Origin: Candidatus Methanosuratincola mesotaenarum
GTDB taxonomy: Archaea > Thermoproteota > Methanomethylicia > Methanomethylicales > Methanomethylicaceae
Direction of reading: 5' to 3'
DNA: 64,000 nt
Assembly: GCA_038801705.1 (NCBI GenBank)
Contig: JAULTC010000002.1
Span: 323,127 to 387,126 of the forward strand
A model generated the notes under the pieces. It made no database searches. It saw only the letters and a program-made list of their open reading frames with translations, and was not told the origin of the DNA. Made by a program: the position numbers and the translations under genes. Below are positions 10,464 to 20,278 of the stretch, piece by piece. How positions within the stretch are numbered: the first letter of the stretch is position 1; each line of letters opens with the position of its first letter.

Positions 10464-10904
10464 GTGCATTTTATGAAAGTGCCTGAAAACATCCGTGAGG
10501 CATATTCCAAGGCCCTCAAGTACAGGCGGGCCGTGGTGGGGACCGCCTCAAGGGACGGCGTGCCGAACGCGGTTCCAATAGGCGTCGGGAGATTCGTGGA
10601 TGAGGAGAGACTCGCGCTCGTAGACAACTACTTCCAGAAGACGAGGAAGAACCTTGAGGAGAACCCGTATGCCGCCGTTACGTTCTGGGTATCTGAAGAA
10701 AAGGAAGGCAAGATCGTGACAAACGAGGGTTACCAGCTGAAGGGGAGGGTAGAGATCCAGGAGACTGGAGAACTTTACGAGAGGATAAAGGCAGAGACGA
10801 AGGCAATAAGGGCAGACTTCCCGGTGAAAGCGATAGTCCTGCTGAGGGTAGAGGAGATCTACGACGTGAAGGCTGGACCCACCGCGGGAAAGAGGATACT
10901 GTAA
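10464..10904 (+). CDS. Pyridoxamine 5'-phosphate oxidase-like FMN-binding protein
   Basis: VGTASRDGVPNAVP, DNYFQKTRKNLEENP, GYQLKG. Confidence 0.8.
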   Translation: MHFMKVPENIREAYSKALKYRRAVVGTASRDGVPNAVPIGVGRFVDEERLALVDNYFQKTRKNLEENPYAAVTFWVSEEKEGKIVTNEGYQLKGRVEIQETGELYERIKAETKAIRADFPVKAIVLLRVEEIYDVKAGPTAGKRIL

Positions 10905-10930
10905 GGAAGCAGAGCGAGGAAGGCAGTGCT

Positions 10931-11308
10931 ATGGTTCCGCCCCCCTCAGAGCCCCCGAGCTTCTCCGACAGGACGGGGCACAGATTCAACCACATAGTTA
11001 AGACCCTCCCGGACGACCCGTCGAACGGCCTAACCATCGAAGAGCTTCTCCTCAAGCTCAGGAAAACGGGGTACAGGGGAGGCATAGAAGGGCTGAGGGT
11101 AGACCTTCAGGAACTACTCAGGAGGGGTGAGGTGACATCATTCGACCAGGACGGCAAGCTGGTTTACTGGCGCCTCCCGAGGGGAAGGTTGGAATACAGA
11201 AAGCGGTCTGCCCTGATAAAGCTTCACAACATGGAGCTCACCGAGGAGGACGTCAGGAAGCTGGAGGAGATCGTGGAAAAGCACCTTGGCACCCCGGCTC
11301 TGGAGTAG
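10931..11308 (+). CDS. Hypothetical protein, possible winged helix
   Basis: 125-aa ORF with genome-typical codons; helix-helix-beta-hairpin pattern (LQELLRRGEVTSFDQDGKLVYWRL). Confidence 0.55.
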   Translation: MVPPPSEPPSFSDRTGHRFNHIVKTLPDDPSNGLTIEELLLKLRKTGYRGGIEGLRVDLQELLRRGEVTSFDQDGKLVYWRLPRGRLEYRKRSALIKLHNMELTEEDVRKLEEIVEKHLGTPALE

Positions 11309-11363
11309 CAAAACTTATTTACCATCCTTGTCATGCCTCAAATCACTTGAGAGGTCTATCAAA

Positions 11364-11546
11364 ATGGTATCTGTAAAAGTTGATCCGGAAAAGTGCAACG
11401 GCGATGCAACATGCATCTCCATCTGCCCAACCAGCGTATTCGAACTAAATGACAACAAGGCAGTGCCAGTCAGGGAGCAGGACTGCATCCTCTGCATGGC
11501 CTGCGTTGTGCAGTGCCCGACCCAGGCGATAGACGTAAAAGAGTGA
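11364..11546 (+). CDS. Ferredoxin (two-cluster type, 60 aa)
   Basis: CNGDATCISICP and CILCMACVVQCP; start at ATG 11364. Confidence 0.9.
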   Translation: MVSVKVDPEKCNGDATCISICPTSVFELNDNKAVPVREQDCILCMACVVQCPTQAIDVKE

Positions 11547-12269
11547 TTAACACTCTTCCCCATCCATCCCCATCACTTTTTGCTCGATTCTTCCTGTTTG
11601 TTTCTCTTTCTTTGCCTCTGCTTGCTTACTTATGCTCCTATAGTGCCTGCAGGATCCCATGAGCGGGCAGCTTCCACACCTCGGCCCTACTGGTCTGCAA
11701 ATCTTCTTCCCAAACATCACGAATGTCTCATTGACCTCACTCCAGGCGCTCTTGGGGAAGATCTCCATCAGCCTGTTCTCTGTATCCTCAGGGGTCTTTG
11801 TTTCAACGATCCAGAGCCGGTTCGCGATCCTGTGGACGTGCGTGTCCACCGGGATGGCTTCCATTCCTAAGCCGTAGACCAAGACGCAGTTTGCGGTCTT
11901 CCTTCCGACCGATGGCAGATCCATAAGCTCCTTGAGAGTCCTCGGGACTTCCCCGCCATACTTCTTGGAGATTTCCCTTGCAATCCCTATCACTGCCCTC
12001 GCCTTGTTCCTGTAGAAGCCGACCCCCCGTATCAGCTCGGCAACCTCCCCCTCGTCGGCGGATGCGAGCTCCTGCGCCGTCCTGAATTTGCCGAAGAGTC
12101 TCATCGTCGCCTCAGAGGTCTTCTCGTCCTTGGTTCTGTGGGAGAGAACCGTAGCTATCAGGACCGCGAACGGGTCCCGGAGCCTCTCCTCCACCGCCGC
12201 TAGGGCGGTGCCACCTTCTCCTTCTTCGAGCGCACCCTTCATTGCACGCAGGATCTCTACCGGTTCCAA
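11547..12269 (-). CDS. nth: Endonuclease III
   Basis: HhH LPSVGRKTANCVL, VDTHVHRI, FeS motif CRPVGPRCGSCPLMGSC. Confidence 0.93.
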   Translation of the reverse strand: MEPVEILRAMKGALEEGEGGTALAAVEERLRDPFAVLIATVLSHRTKDEKTSEATMRLFGKFRTAQELASADEGEVAELIRGVGFYRNKARAVIGIAREISKKYGGEVPRTLKELMDLPSVGRKTANCVLVYGLGMEAIPVDTHVHRIANRLWIVETKTPEDTENRLMEIFPKSAWSEVNETFVMFGKKICRPVGPRCGSCPLMGSCRHYRSISKQAEAKKEKQTGRIEQKVMGMDGEEC

Positions 12270-12326
12270 GGCGCCACCAGCAGCTTTAATATCCCTCTGA
12301 AGTTAGCTATAAGCAGTGAACCTGCG

Positions 12327-12962
12327 ATGCCAGACAACATTTCTAATAAGTGGCAGAGACAGGAAAAGGAGTCTGCAGCAGACAAGGTAAGAGGGCAGAT
12401 CGTCCCACAGCCCCCGATGAGCGAACGCCTCGACCTGGCGAAGAGGAAGCTTCAGGAGCAGGTCCAGCACTTGGAGAGGGTCTCGCAGAGGCTGGCCGAG
12501 AAGGATAAGAAATTGTACGAGAAGATGGTGAAGGCTTACGGAGAGCACGACATCGAGAGAGCGCAGCTGCTCGCGAACGAGCTTGCAGAGCTGAGGAAGA
12601 TCGAGCAGAAGACCCAGTACGGGAAGTGCGCCCTCGAGAGCGCATACACGCGCATCGAGATGGCCAAGGACTTTGGGGACATGGTTGCCGCGCTCGCCCC
12701 AGTGGGGCAGGTCGTAAAGAGCGTCAAGGGCACGCTGGGAGAGTTCCTGCCTTCCTCAGACGCCGCCCTCGGCGAGCTGTCTGGGATAATGAACGACACA
12801 CTCGTCTCATTCTCGAACATAACCGGCGAGTCCATGATAACCGAATCGGTGAGCGAGGATGCGGAGAAGATACTGAAAGAGGCTGCCGCGGTCGCGGAGA
12901 GCAGGCTGAAGGACAAGCTCCCAGGCGCTGGGACGGATCTCCCGCTTACAGACACACAGTAA
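12327..12962 (+). CDS. ESCRT-III/Snf7-domain protein (CdvB paralogue)
   Basis: Coiled-coil with A-LLANELAELRK, DMVAALAPV and EDAEKILKEAAAVAE, typical of archaeal CdvB. Confidence 0.85.
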   Translation: MPDNISNKWQRQEKESAADKVRGQIVPQPPMSERLDLAKRKLQEQVQHLERVSQRLAEKDKKLYEKMVKAYGEHDIERAQLLANELAELRKIEQKTQYGKCALESAYTRIEMAKDFGDMVAALAPVGQVVKSVKGTLGEFLPSSDAALGELSGIMNDTLVSFSNITGESMITESVSEDAEKILKEAAAVAESRLKDKLPGAGTDLPLTDTQ

Positions 12963-13020
12963 AAATCACCTGTTTTTTACCCCCTTCGGCCCCTTCCCTA
13001 TTCCGTCTGAATATGGCTGG

Positions 13021-13920
13021 CTAGGTGGTCACAATCGATTCCTTGTCCGTCGTAATCACCGTATGCTCGGCCTGCGCTATGGGCATACCTGATGCCTCAA
13101 CCAGCACCGGGTACTCGTAGAGGAGTCTCTCTGCGAGCATGGTATTCACAGCCTTGCCGCTCCCCACGACCCACCTTCTCGCGAACGGCAGCGTCCTGAA
13201 CTTCCTGTAGATCTCGTCGTATGCCCCCATCTGCGGCTCCGTCTTTGGTCGCTTCAGCTTCACTAGGTGAAGGATGTTCCCAGGCTCCCTCTCCCTCACT
13301 TCGCCTGCCGCCTTGGGGAGCGTGGCGAAGGGCTCTATCGCATATACCGACCAAGGCTGGAACTTTCCGACCGACTCGGCGCCGGAGACGTTCGGTATGC
13401 TCAGCCCGCTGTGGATAGTGTACTGCTCTATTTGGTGACCTGTTAGGTTCCTGATCGGCCTGTAGCCCATAGACCTTATTGTCTTCTCGACGACCGGTCC
13501 GACATCCCCTATCCTCCCGCCGATCTTGACTGTTTGGATACCCCTCTCCAGCGCGAGCTCGACTGCCTTTATCATGTCTTCGAAGTCGGATCCGACCGAG
13601 ACAGTCACGGCAGTGTCGGCTATTAGACCCTCTATATGGACTCCGAGGTCGACCTTTACCAGCGACCCCGCCGGTACAACGGTCGTGTCAGACGGCGGTG
13701 ATGTATAGTGTGCACCTATATCGTTTATGCTGACGTTGCATGGAAAAGCCGGGCTGCCGCCCAGCCTGGCGATCTCGGACTCGACCCCGTCGCATATCCT
13801 GAGCACGCTCGCGCCCTCAAAGACCATGCTAGGGACGGCCTGCCTGACGATTTTGGCTATCTTCCCTGCAAGTAGCAGCTTTTCCATTTCCTCCTCATCG
13901 AACAATTCCAACCACCACAT
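13021..13920 (-). CDS. map: Methionine aminopeptidase type II
   Basis: AHYT, KVDLGVH..G.IADTA, GHQI, AIEPF, AQAEHTV; true start may be a few codons downstream. Confidence 0.93.
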   Translation of the reverse strand: MWWLELFDEEEMEKLLLAGKIAKIVRQAVPSMVFEGASVLRICDGVESEIARLGGSPAFPCNVSINDIGAHYTSPPSDTTVVPAGSLVKVDLGVHIEGLIADTAVTVSVGSDFEDMIKAVELALERGIQTVKIGGRIGDVGPVVEKTIRSMGYRPIRNLTGHQIEQYTIHSGLSIPNVSGAESVGKFQPWSVYAIEPFATLPKAAGEVREREPGNILHLVKLKRPKTEPQMGAYDEIYRKFRTLPFARRWVVGSGKAVNTMLAERLLYEYPVLVEASGMPIAQAEHTVITTDKESIVTT

Positions 13921-14102
13921 CCGCTGGGCGCGTTTTGCACCAGGCGGCGCCCTCCTCTATCCCGCTTGGTGCAAAAAAAGATTATCCCTTGCCTGACTCC
14001 ACCATCCCCCTCCCCCAGCCTACACGGCTCACGCTGGGGCGTTTTTCTAGCAGTCCGTTAGAGTTAAAAACACTGGGAACTCAAGAGGTAAGAGTGATTC
14101 TT

Positions 14103-14627
14103 ATGTGCGTGCTAGGCAGAGACCGCCTCGTAGAGATGAACAAGAAGTACAGGATCGTCGAGCCGTTCCTCGAGTCGCAGCTCGACGGCGATGGGTATAT
14201 ACTCACGGTTGGCGAGGATACAGAGCTCCAGTACTTGGAGCACCAGAATGTGATATCGAAGGAGATCGTCTTCACCCCCCCCGACTGTGTCGCGTACCTC
14301 ACGGCGAAGAGCAGGTACGGAAGGATGGGGCTATCATTCCTGAACGCCGCGAAGGTTCACAGCGGCTTTGTCGGGAGGCTCGCCCTCGAGATCGTAAACC
14401 TGAGCAACGACAGGAGGCCGATCACGATACGGGCCGGAGACCACTTCATGCACATCGAGTTCATGAGGAGGGAGGGTGCACCCTCGCCATACGTGGGCGA
14501 GTACCAGTTCCAGTATATGACGGAAGAGGAGATAAAGTCGTACATCCCGGTCTTGAGGCAGGTCTTCCCGAACTTCGGCGAACTCTCAAAGATCTGGCTG
14601 AGGAAGAAGCTGAACAACCAAAAATGA
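14103..14627 (+). CDS. dcd: dCTP deaminase/dUTPase family protein
   Basis: AKSRYGRMGL...GFVGRLALEIVNL pattern; start moved to ATG 14103 behind a TATA-like sequence. Confidence 0.72.
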   Translation: MCVLGRDRLVEMNKKYRIVEPFLESQLDGDGYILTVGEDTELQYLEHQNVISKEIVFTPPDCVAYLTAKSRYGRMGLSFLNAAKVHSGFVGRLALEIVNLSNDRRPITIRAGDHFMHIEFMRREGAPSPYVGEYQFQYMTEEEIKSYIPVLRQVFPNFGELSKIWLRKKLNNQK

Positions 14628-14640
14628 GCCCCGCCCCGCT

Positions 14641-15159
14641 TTAGAGTCTCACCTTTTTTGCTATCCCTAGGGCTATGCCCGCCTTCAGAAGATCGCCTGG
14701 GAGGAATGGTAAGACACCAGCCAAGAGGGCAGCATAAAAGTTCCACGCCATCCAGTATGAGAGCCAGATCCACCCCATAGTGAAGACAATCGCCATGCAA
14801 AGCGCGATAGCCAGGACATCTGCGTGCCTCTTCCCCCTCAAACTGGAGAGTAGCCACCCCGAGGCGATCGCCGACACTAGAAATCCGACGAGGAACCCTC
14901 CCGTTGGGCCTATGATGGTTGCGTATCCAGCCATACCCTTGGAGAATACAGGGAGGCCCGCAATGCCCATTGCAAGGTAAATCGCCTGGCCTAGAAATGC
15001 CCCCCTCCCAAGGAGGAGGACGCTGAGGTATAGGAAGAGGGTCTGGAGGCTGAGTGGCACAAGGAAGAACGGGATCGATATCATAGCGCCTGCAGCCATC
15101 ATGGCAGCGAATACCGCGGCCAGTGACAGCTCCCTTGCCCTCGACATGCTCCTCTCCAT
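14641..15159 (-). CDS. bioY: Biotin transporter BioY
   Basis: VPLSLQT, YLAMGIAGLPVFS, GPTGGFLVGF, PFLPGDLLK. Confidence 0.9.
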   Translation of the reverse strand: MERSMSRARELSLAAVFAAMMAAGAMISIPFFLVPLSLQTLFLYLSVLLLGRGAFLGQAIYLAMGIAGLPVFSKGMAGYATIIGPTGGFLVGFLVSAIASGWLLSSLRGKRHADVLAIALCMAIVFTMGWIWLSYWMAWNFYAALLAGVLPFLPGDLLKAGIALGIAKKVRL

Positions 15160-15519
15160 ATCAACACCGACGTCCCAATTCAGTTAACCATATTTATTCT
15201 TTGGGTTTACATCTTATAATTAGCAATAAGCAAAGGGGTAAGCCATTAAAATGCAGAAAAGTAAAATGGAGACATCGCCTATGCTGCTTTCTCAAACGGA
15301 TACTCAGGGGCTGCGCCAGGAAGGGAAACCCATGCGGGGGATCCGCGAGTTCATGATATCAAATTGCAAGAAAGGCGCCTATTCGCCTCATGACATCAAT
15401 TACCTTTAAACTCTGGGCTGCCAATTAATTCTTGGCGGATTTTACGAAAAAATTGGGGGAATGCTGCTCTGCACATTGTCGGCTTGATTTTTCTTTCTCA
15501 TGTGCTCGCTATACCCAAG

Positions 15520-16240
15520 TCCCCATCCAGACATGCGTAACTTGGGACTAGCTATGATAGTGAACCTCGAGAATGCTCATCCTGACTACACCGGCAAGAA
15601 CGTTTACATTGCAGTGCTCGACACGGGCTGGCCACTAACTGGAAAGATTACTTCCCCAAGGACAGTATCGCAACCGACCTCAGCAAGGGCTTCAAAGAGG
15701 TCTTGACTTGGGACCCGAAATCGGGCTTGTTCATCGAGCAGCAAAATCAGAGACCACCTTCATCGAGTCTACAGGCACAACACACGGCACGCATGTTGCC
15801 AGTAGTATGCTTGGGTACAACTACTCCGCACAAAACGACGCCATCGCCGGCTACCTGCTCCTCCCCGATCTTTGTCAATGGGATCGCATCCGGCAGCTGG
15901 GTCAGGGGCCCGTATCCGGGCTACCCTGACTCCTATCTCCCATGCTGGGGCAATGGCTACTGCGTTGTTGATTAGTATCAACCCGGGCAACTATTTTATC
16001 ATGTAGGCTGCACCAGTATGGCGACCCCCGCACGTTGCTGGGATCGTGGCGTAGATGCTCGAAAAGGACCCATCCTCAACTAGACCGAGGTCGAGGCGTT
16101 CTCAAAACAACCGTCCTCCCAACTGCAGCAGGCTCAGCCACAGTCTACGGCCTATCCCCTTGCCAGGCTTCTACAATGTCTTCTGGGTGGCAATGCAACT
16201 GGAGCAGGGCTTGTGCAGGCTGATAAAGCGCTCAGCAATA
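15520..16240 (+). pseudogene. Subtilisin-like S8 peptidase, frameshifted
   Basis: All three catalytic motifs are present but in different frames: AVLDTG (about 15610), HGTHVAS (about 15780), TSMATPHVAG-like (about 16010). Confidence 0.8.
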
Positions 16241-16514
16241 CAATAACCTCCTTTTTGTCAGTCCTGATTTTATCACTCCTTCCTTCCTTCCCTTTTCCCA
16301 AGGATCTATGGGCAAGGAGAGCCTGCGGAAGCCCTAGCCCTTCCCATACGATGTTTCGTCGTCCATGCACTCCCCTTCAACAGAAAAATGACGATATGGC
16401 ATGCCACGCCAGGATCATTACGAGGCCGCATCGGGAGCATCATCCTCCAAATATGGCACCTCGCCACCGCACCGCAATGTTTAAAATCCGTTTTCATGTA
16501 ATAACCACGGTATT

Positions 16515-17078
16515 ATGATTCCATCCATGGTGTTTTTCGTAAAAGGGACGGGTATCCATAGGGAGCGGCTTGCTGCATTTGAGCTCGCCCTCAGGGATGC
16601 CGGGATAGAAAAGTTCAATCTGGTGAACGTCTCCAGCATCTTCCCACCCAACTGCCAGATAATCACAAAGGAAGAGGGGCTAAGGCGTCTCTCCCCAGGC
16701 GGTATAGTCTATTGCGTAATGGCAAGGAATGAGACCAACGAGCCTAACCGCCTCATCTCTGCGGCTATCGGCTTGGCTGTCCCCCATGACAGGAACAGTT
16801 ACGGGTACCTGGCAGAGCACCACGACTACGGCATGAAGGGCGAGAATGCAGGTGAGTACGCTGAAGACTTGGCTGCCACCATGCTTGCTACCACCTTGGG
16901 GATACCCTTTGATCCGAATCAGGCATGGGAGGAAAGAGAGCAACTCTACAAGGCGAGCGGGCTTATAATCAGGACAACCCATATCGTTCAATCTGCCAAG
17001 GGCAACAAAGATGCACTCTGGACATGCGTCTTGGCTGCCGCCATATTTATAGTCGACCCCGCCAGCAAAACCGTCTGA
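16515..17078 (+). CDS. pdaD: Pyruvoyl-dependent arginine decarboxylase
   Basis: [10 protein letters not shown]-like start, [11 protein letters not shown] self-cleavage Ser-Ser, [14 protein letters not shown]. Confidence 0.88.
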   Translation: MIPSMVFFVKGTGIHRERLAAFELALRDAGIEKFNLVNVSSIFPPNCQIITKEEGLRRLSPGGIVYCVMARNETNEPNRLISAAIGLAVPHDRNSYGYLAEHHDYGMKGENAGEYAEDLAATMLATTLGIPFDPNQAWEEREQLYKASGLIIRTTHIVQSAKGNKDALWTCVLAAAIFIVDPASKTV

Positions 17079-17379
17079 GACAGGATGCGGAATATTTCTG
17101 AACCGAACAACGAATGGTCAACATGGTTTCCAACTAGTAATGTTCCAATTGCCATGAACTGTTGGCATGTTCGGACCCATCACAACAACGCTCTGGAAGG
17201 GACGAAAAGCTATTGTACATTCTTCGGGAGCTGCTTAAGGCCCTGGACGTGGAACCGTCGCTCTAGAAAATTGGTGTAGAACATAGGCAAAACAAGCAAC
17301 CCGTTTAGAATGGGGCGGTCCGGAAGCGTTCGTTTCAAGCTTATATACATCAACCATAAAAATATCATGGGGTGAAAAA

Positions 17380-17598
17380 ATGGAGAAGTTCATATTGGGG
17401 CACCTATTAAACGAAGAGATCGACGTTTACTGCGGATGGGATGACAAGTTTTCTGGGAAGGTCGTCGCCTGCGCTGATGGGGTTCTGACCTTGGAAACCG
17501 AAAAGGACGTCTACACGCACATTACAATCGATAAGATAATCGCCGTATGGAAGAAGAAGCAGCCTTGGACAGGCGGCGGCTTGCATTCAAACCCATAA
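17380..17598 (+). CDS. Small Sm-like protein (MM0924-like)
   Basis: IDVYCG...GKVVACADGVLTL...THI.IDKI pattern; TATA (CTTATATA) upstream. Confidence 0.65.
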   Translation: MEKFILGHLLNEEIDVYCGWDDKFSGKVVACADGVLTLETEKDVYTHITIDKIIAVWKKKQPWTGGGLHSNP

Positions 17599-17630
17599 AT
17601 CGATTAATGCCTTTTTGCCAAAAAAGTTCC

Positions 17631-17707
17631 TGGAGCCCTAGGGGGGATTTGAACCCCCGACCAACGGTTTACAAAACCGTCGCTCTGCCGGGCTGAGCTA
17701 CTAGGGC
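17631..17707 (-). tRNA. tRNA-Thr(TGT)
   Basis: GCCCTAG/CTAGGGC acceptor, ACGGT-TTTGTAA-ACCGT, encoded CCA. Confidence 0.96.
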
Positions 17708-18094
17708 TTTGATGCTTCGCACTTCCTCTAAAGCCGGATTCAATTTAAAAAAGATTTTGTCATCGCTGCATATCCATCTTCACCTCTGTTATATCCGAAA
17801 TACGACACAAACTATTTTCGCACGCCCAATCCCTGTCGTCAATACGATGTAAAACAAGAATATACTAGCGTCAATTGTCGAAGATCATTCATATAAGCGA
17901 GGTTTAAAATTAAAAATACCGCATCTGGAAAGAGCGCACCCCATTCGCCTCCATGGAAGCTACAATCCGATACTGCCCCTCACAGGCAGCGAATTGCCTT
18001 GCGCTTCCCGCCATTCTACCTCCTATATTGCTGATGCCCTGGCGCCTTCATGCGCTCATTCTCCGATGCCTAACAAGACAAGAGGTGGGAAGAT

Positions 18095-19234
18095 GTGGAA
18101 ATCTATAATAATGAGAAATATGGACACAAATTCCAGGTCGGGGAGGGACTGGACGAGAAGGTGAGGTCCAGCCTTCTGCGCGAGAAGATACGTCCAGTAG
18201 ACTTTGCGCAGATACACACAATCAGTGATCTCGTGGATGCTTGGGGTCGATGCGGGATCCAGTCTCGGAGGCTTTCGGAATGCGCCAAAGTTTATGAGAG
18301 CATGCTCACTGACAAGAGCAGACCAACAATCATGCTCGGTTTATCCGGTCCCCTCATTGCCGGCGGGATGCGAAAGATTATCCGAGACATGATCGCGGCT
18401 GCGATGGTGGACGTGATCGTTTCGACAGGGGCTATCCTATACCAGGATTATTATGCTGCGAAGGGCTATAGCCATTATCAAGGCGATTCTGAATCAGACG
18501 ACTCGCGGCTGCATGACCTTTACATCAATAGGATCTATGACACCTACGTGGATGAGATCGGTTTCATCGAGTGCGACAATTCCATTGCCGCCTTCTGTGA
18601 CTCGCTAGAAGTTAGGAGGTACTCCACAAGAGAGTTCCTTCATCTGCTTGGTGGGACCTTGAGCGACTCTGACTCTATACTTCACACTGCATTCTGCCAC
18701 AATGTGCCAATATTCTGCCCTGCCATCGCGGATAGCTCGATAGGAATCGGCATCACTCAGCATTATCGAAATGCTAGGGCAAGGGGCGTCCAGCCGATCA
18801 TTGTCGATACCGTCAGGGACAACTTTGAGATTGGACAGATCGTGCTAAAATCAAGAAAGACTGGCGCAATATACGTCGGTGGGGGCGTGCCGAAGAATTA
18901 CATAAACGACGCCACAGTCATGTTCGATGGTGCAAAAGGTCACTCGTACGCCTTCCAAATAACCGCCGACTCGCCACATTGGGGGGGTCTTTCTGGCAGC
19001 ACTCTTGACGAGGCCAAGTCGTGGGGCAAGGTCTCTACAGCCGCAGTTAGGGCAACCGTCTATGGGGAAGCAACTGTCATCTTGCCGATCATATTCGGGG
19101 CAATGCTCCAGAAAGATCTCCACAGATGCCGTCATAGGCTTGAGTTTTTGTGGGAAGGGGACTTACTCACGGCGATTCAAATAGCTTCCAATCCAGTGGA
19201 ATTCTCCCCCGGACCGGGGCAGGGTGCGATCTGA
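18095..19234 (+). CDS. Deoxyhypusine synthase-like protein
   Basis: IVSTGA, NRIYDT, CPAIADSSIG, GGGVPKN, GGLSGSTLDEAKSWGK with the active-site Lys retained. Confidence 0.85.
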   Translation: MEIYNNEKYGHKFQVGEGLDEKVRSSLLREKIRPVDFAQIHTISDLVDAWGRCGIQSRRLSECAKVYESMLTDKSRPTIMLGLSGPLIAGGMRKIIRDMIAAAMVDVIVSTGAILYQDYYAAKGYSHYQGDSESDDSRLHDLYINRIYDTYVDEIGFIECDNSIAAFCDSLEVRRYSTREFLHLLGGTLSDSDSILHTAFCHNVPIFCPAIADSSIGIGITQHYRNARARGVQPIIVDTVRDNFEIGQIVLKSRKTGAIYVGGGVPKNYINDATVMFDGAKGHSYAFQITADSPHWGGLSGSTLDEAKSWGKVSTAAVRATVYGEATVILPIIFGAMLQKDLHRCRHRLEFLWEGDLLTAIQIASNPVEFSPGPGQGAI

Positions 19235-19317
19235 AGTTCCACACCACGACACAACGCTATCCCTTTTTGTACAATCAGAAGGATTAAAATATCCGGTTGC
19301 TGTAAAAAAACTTCAAT

Positions 19318-19424
19318 GCCGGGGTGGCTCAGGCTGGCTAGAGCGCCGGACTCATAATCTCAGACCTGGACAAGGCGCTCGATGGGAGATCCGGAAATCG
19401 CGGGTTCGAGTCCCGTCCCCGGCA
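19318..19424 (+). tRNA. tRNA-Met(CAT), elongator, with 32-nt intron (19357-19388)
   Basis: G1-C72 acceptor GCCGGGG/CCCCGGC; CUCA/UGGG BHB helix; CCA not encoded. Confidence 0.92.
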
Positions 19425-19438
19425 CTACTGCGGTTCAT

Positions 19439-20125
19439 TTATCCCTTCCTGAGGATCCTGACCCCTGTGCTGTCGCCCAGATAAGCGCAGTGTGCTATCC
19501 CGACGAATAGACCGACCTCTACCACTCCGGGAATCATCTTGATCTCTAGTTCAAGCTTCTTTGGATCCCTGATCTCTCCGAATGCAGCATCGACTATGAA
19601 ATTCCCATTGTCAGTGACCAGCGGTCCATCCTTCCTGTCTCCTCCGTCCCGGAGCTTGGGCTCTCCGCCTATCTCTTCCAGATCCAGAATCACTTTGGCT
19701 CTAGCGAACGGCAGGATCTCGATCGGAAGCGGGAACTTCCCAAGATTCTCAACCAGCTTTTTGCTTTCCGCGATCACCACAAACCTCTTCGCAGACGAGT
19801 CCACAACCTTCTCTTTAGTCAGTGCCGCTCCCCCTCCCTTGATAAGGTTCAGACCTGGGTCGACCTCGTCGGTGCCGTCCACCGCTAGGTCCATAACCGG
19901 GTGCTCGTCGGACGTTGTCAGGCGGAGCCCATTCTCCACTGCCAGGTAAGCAGACTGGTATGAAGTTGGAACACAGGCAATCTCCCAGCCCTCTTCCTTG
20001 ACCTTCTTACCCAGGAGCCCTATGAAGACCGCCACTGTGGACCCAGTGCCTATCCCGAGTATCTGCCCATCCTTTACTTCCTTCAGTGCAGCCTCAGCCG
20101 CCCTCAACTTCTCAACAGGCGCCAT
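19439..20125 (-). CDS. rpiA: Ribose-5-phosphate isomerase A
   Basis: GIGTGST, DGTDEVD, IKGGGAAL..EK, TDNGNFI. Confidence 0.95.
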   Translation of the reverse strand: MAPVEKLRAAEAALKEVKDGQILGIGTGSTVAVFIGLLGKKVKEEGWEIACVPTSYQSAYLAVENGLRLTTSDEHPVMDLAVDGTDEVDPGLNLIKGGGAALTKEKVVDSSAKRFVVIAESKKLVENLGKFPLPIEILPFARAKVILDLEEIGGEPKLRDGGDRKDGPLVTDNGNFIVDAAFGEIRDPKKLELEIKMIPGVVEVGLFVGIAHCAYLGDSTGVRILRKG

Positions 20126-20278
20126 AGCAGGATCACTTCACTAATGATCGATGGGAGTATTTAACCCTGAACCACCACCTCCGTTATCGCTCAGTGCCTA
20201 CACGACGCCGGATAAGTCGATCTCAATGCTGCCTGTTTAGAAAAATGAGCGGGGTAAAATAAAAGATGGGACTTGTGC

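Noticed and set aside
12570-12589. Similarity of spacer 7 to the Snf7 gene (17 of 20 nt) as self-targeting
   Set aside because: The match covers only about half the spacer and reflects generic LAxELA codons; the flanks disagree.
19318-19424. CAT tRNA as initiator Met or Ile2
   Set aside because: The G1-C72 pair and canonical intron fit the elongator tRNA-Met; archaeal initiators have A1-U72.
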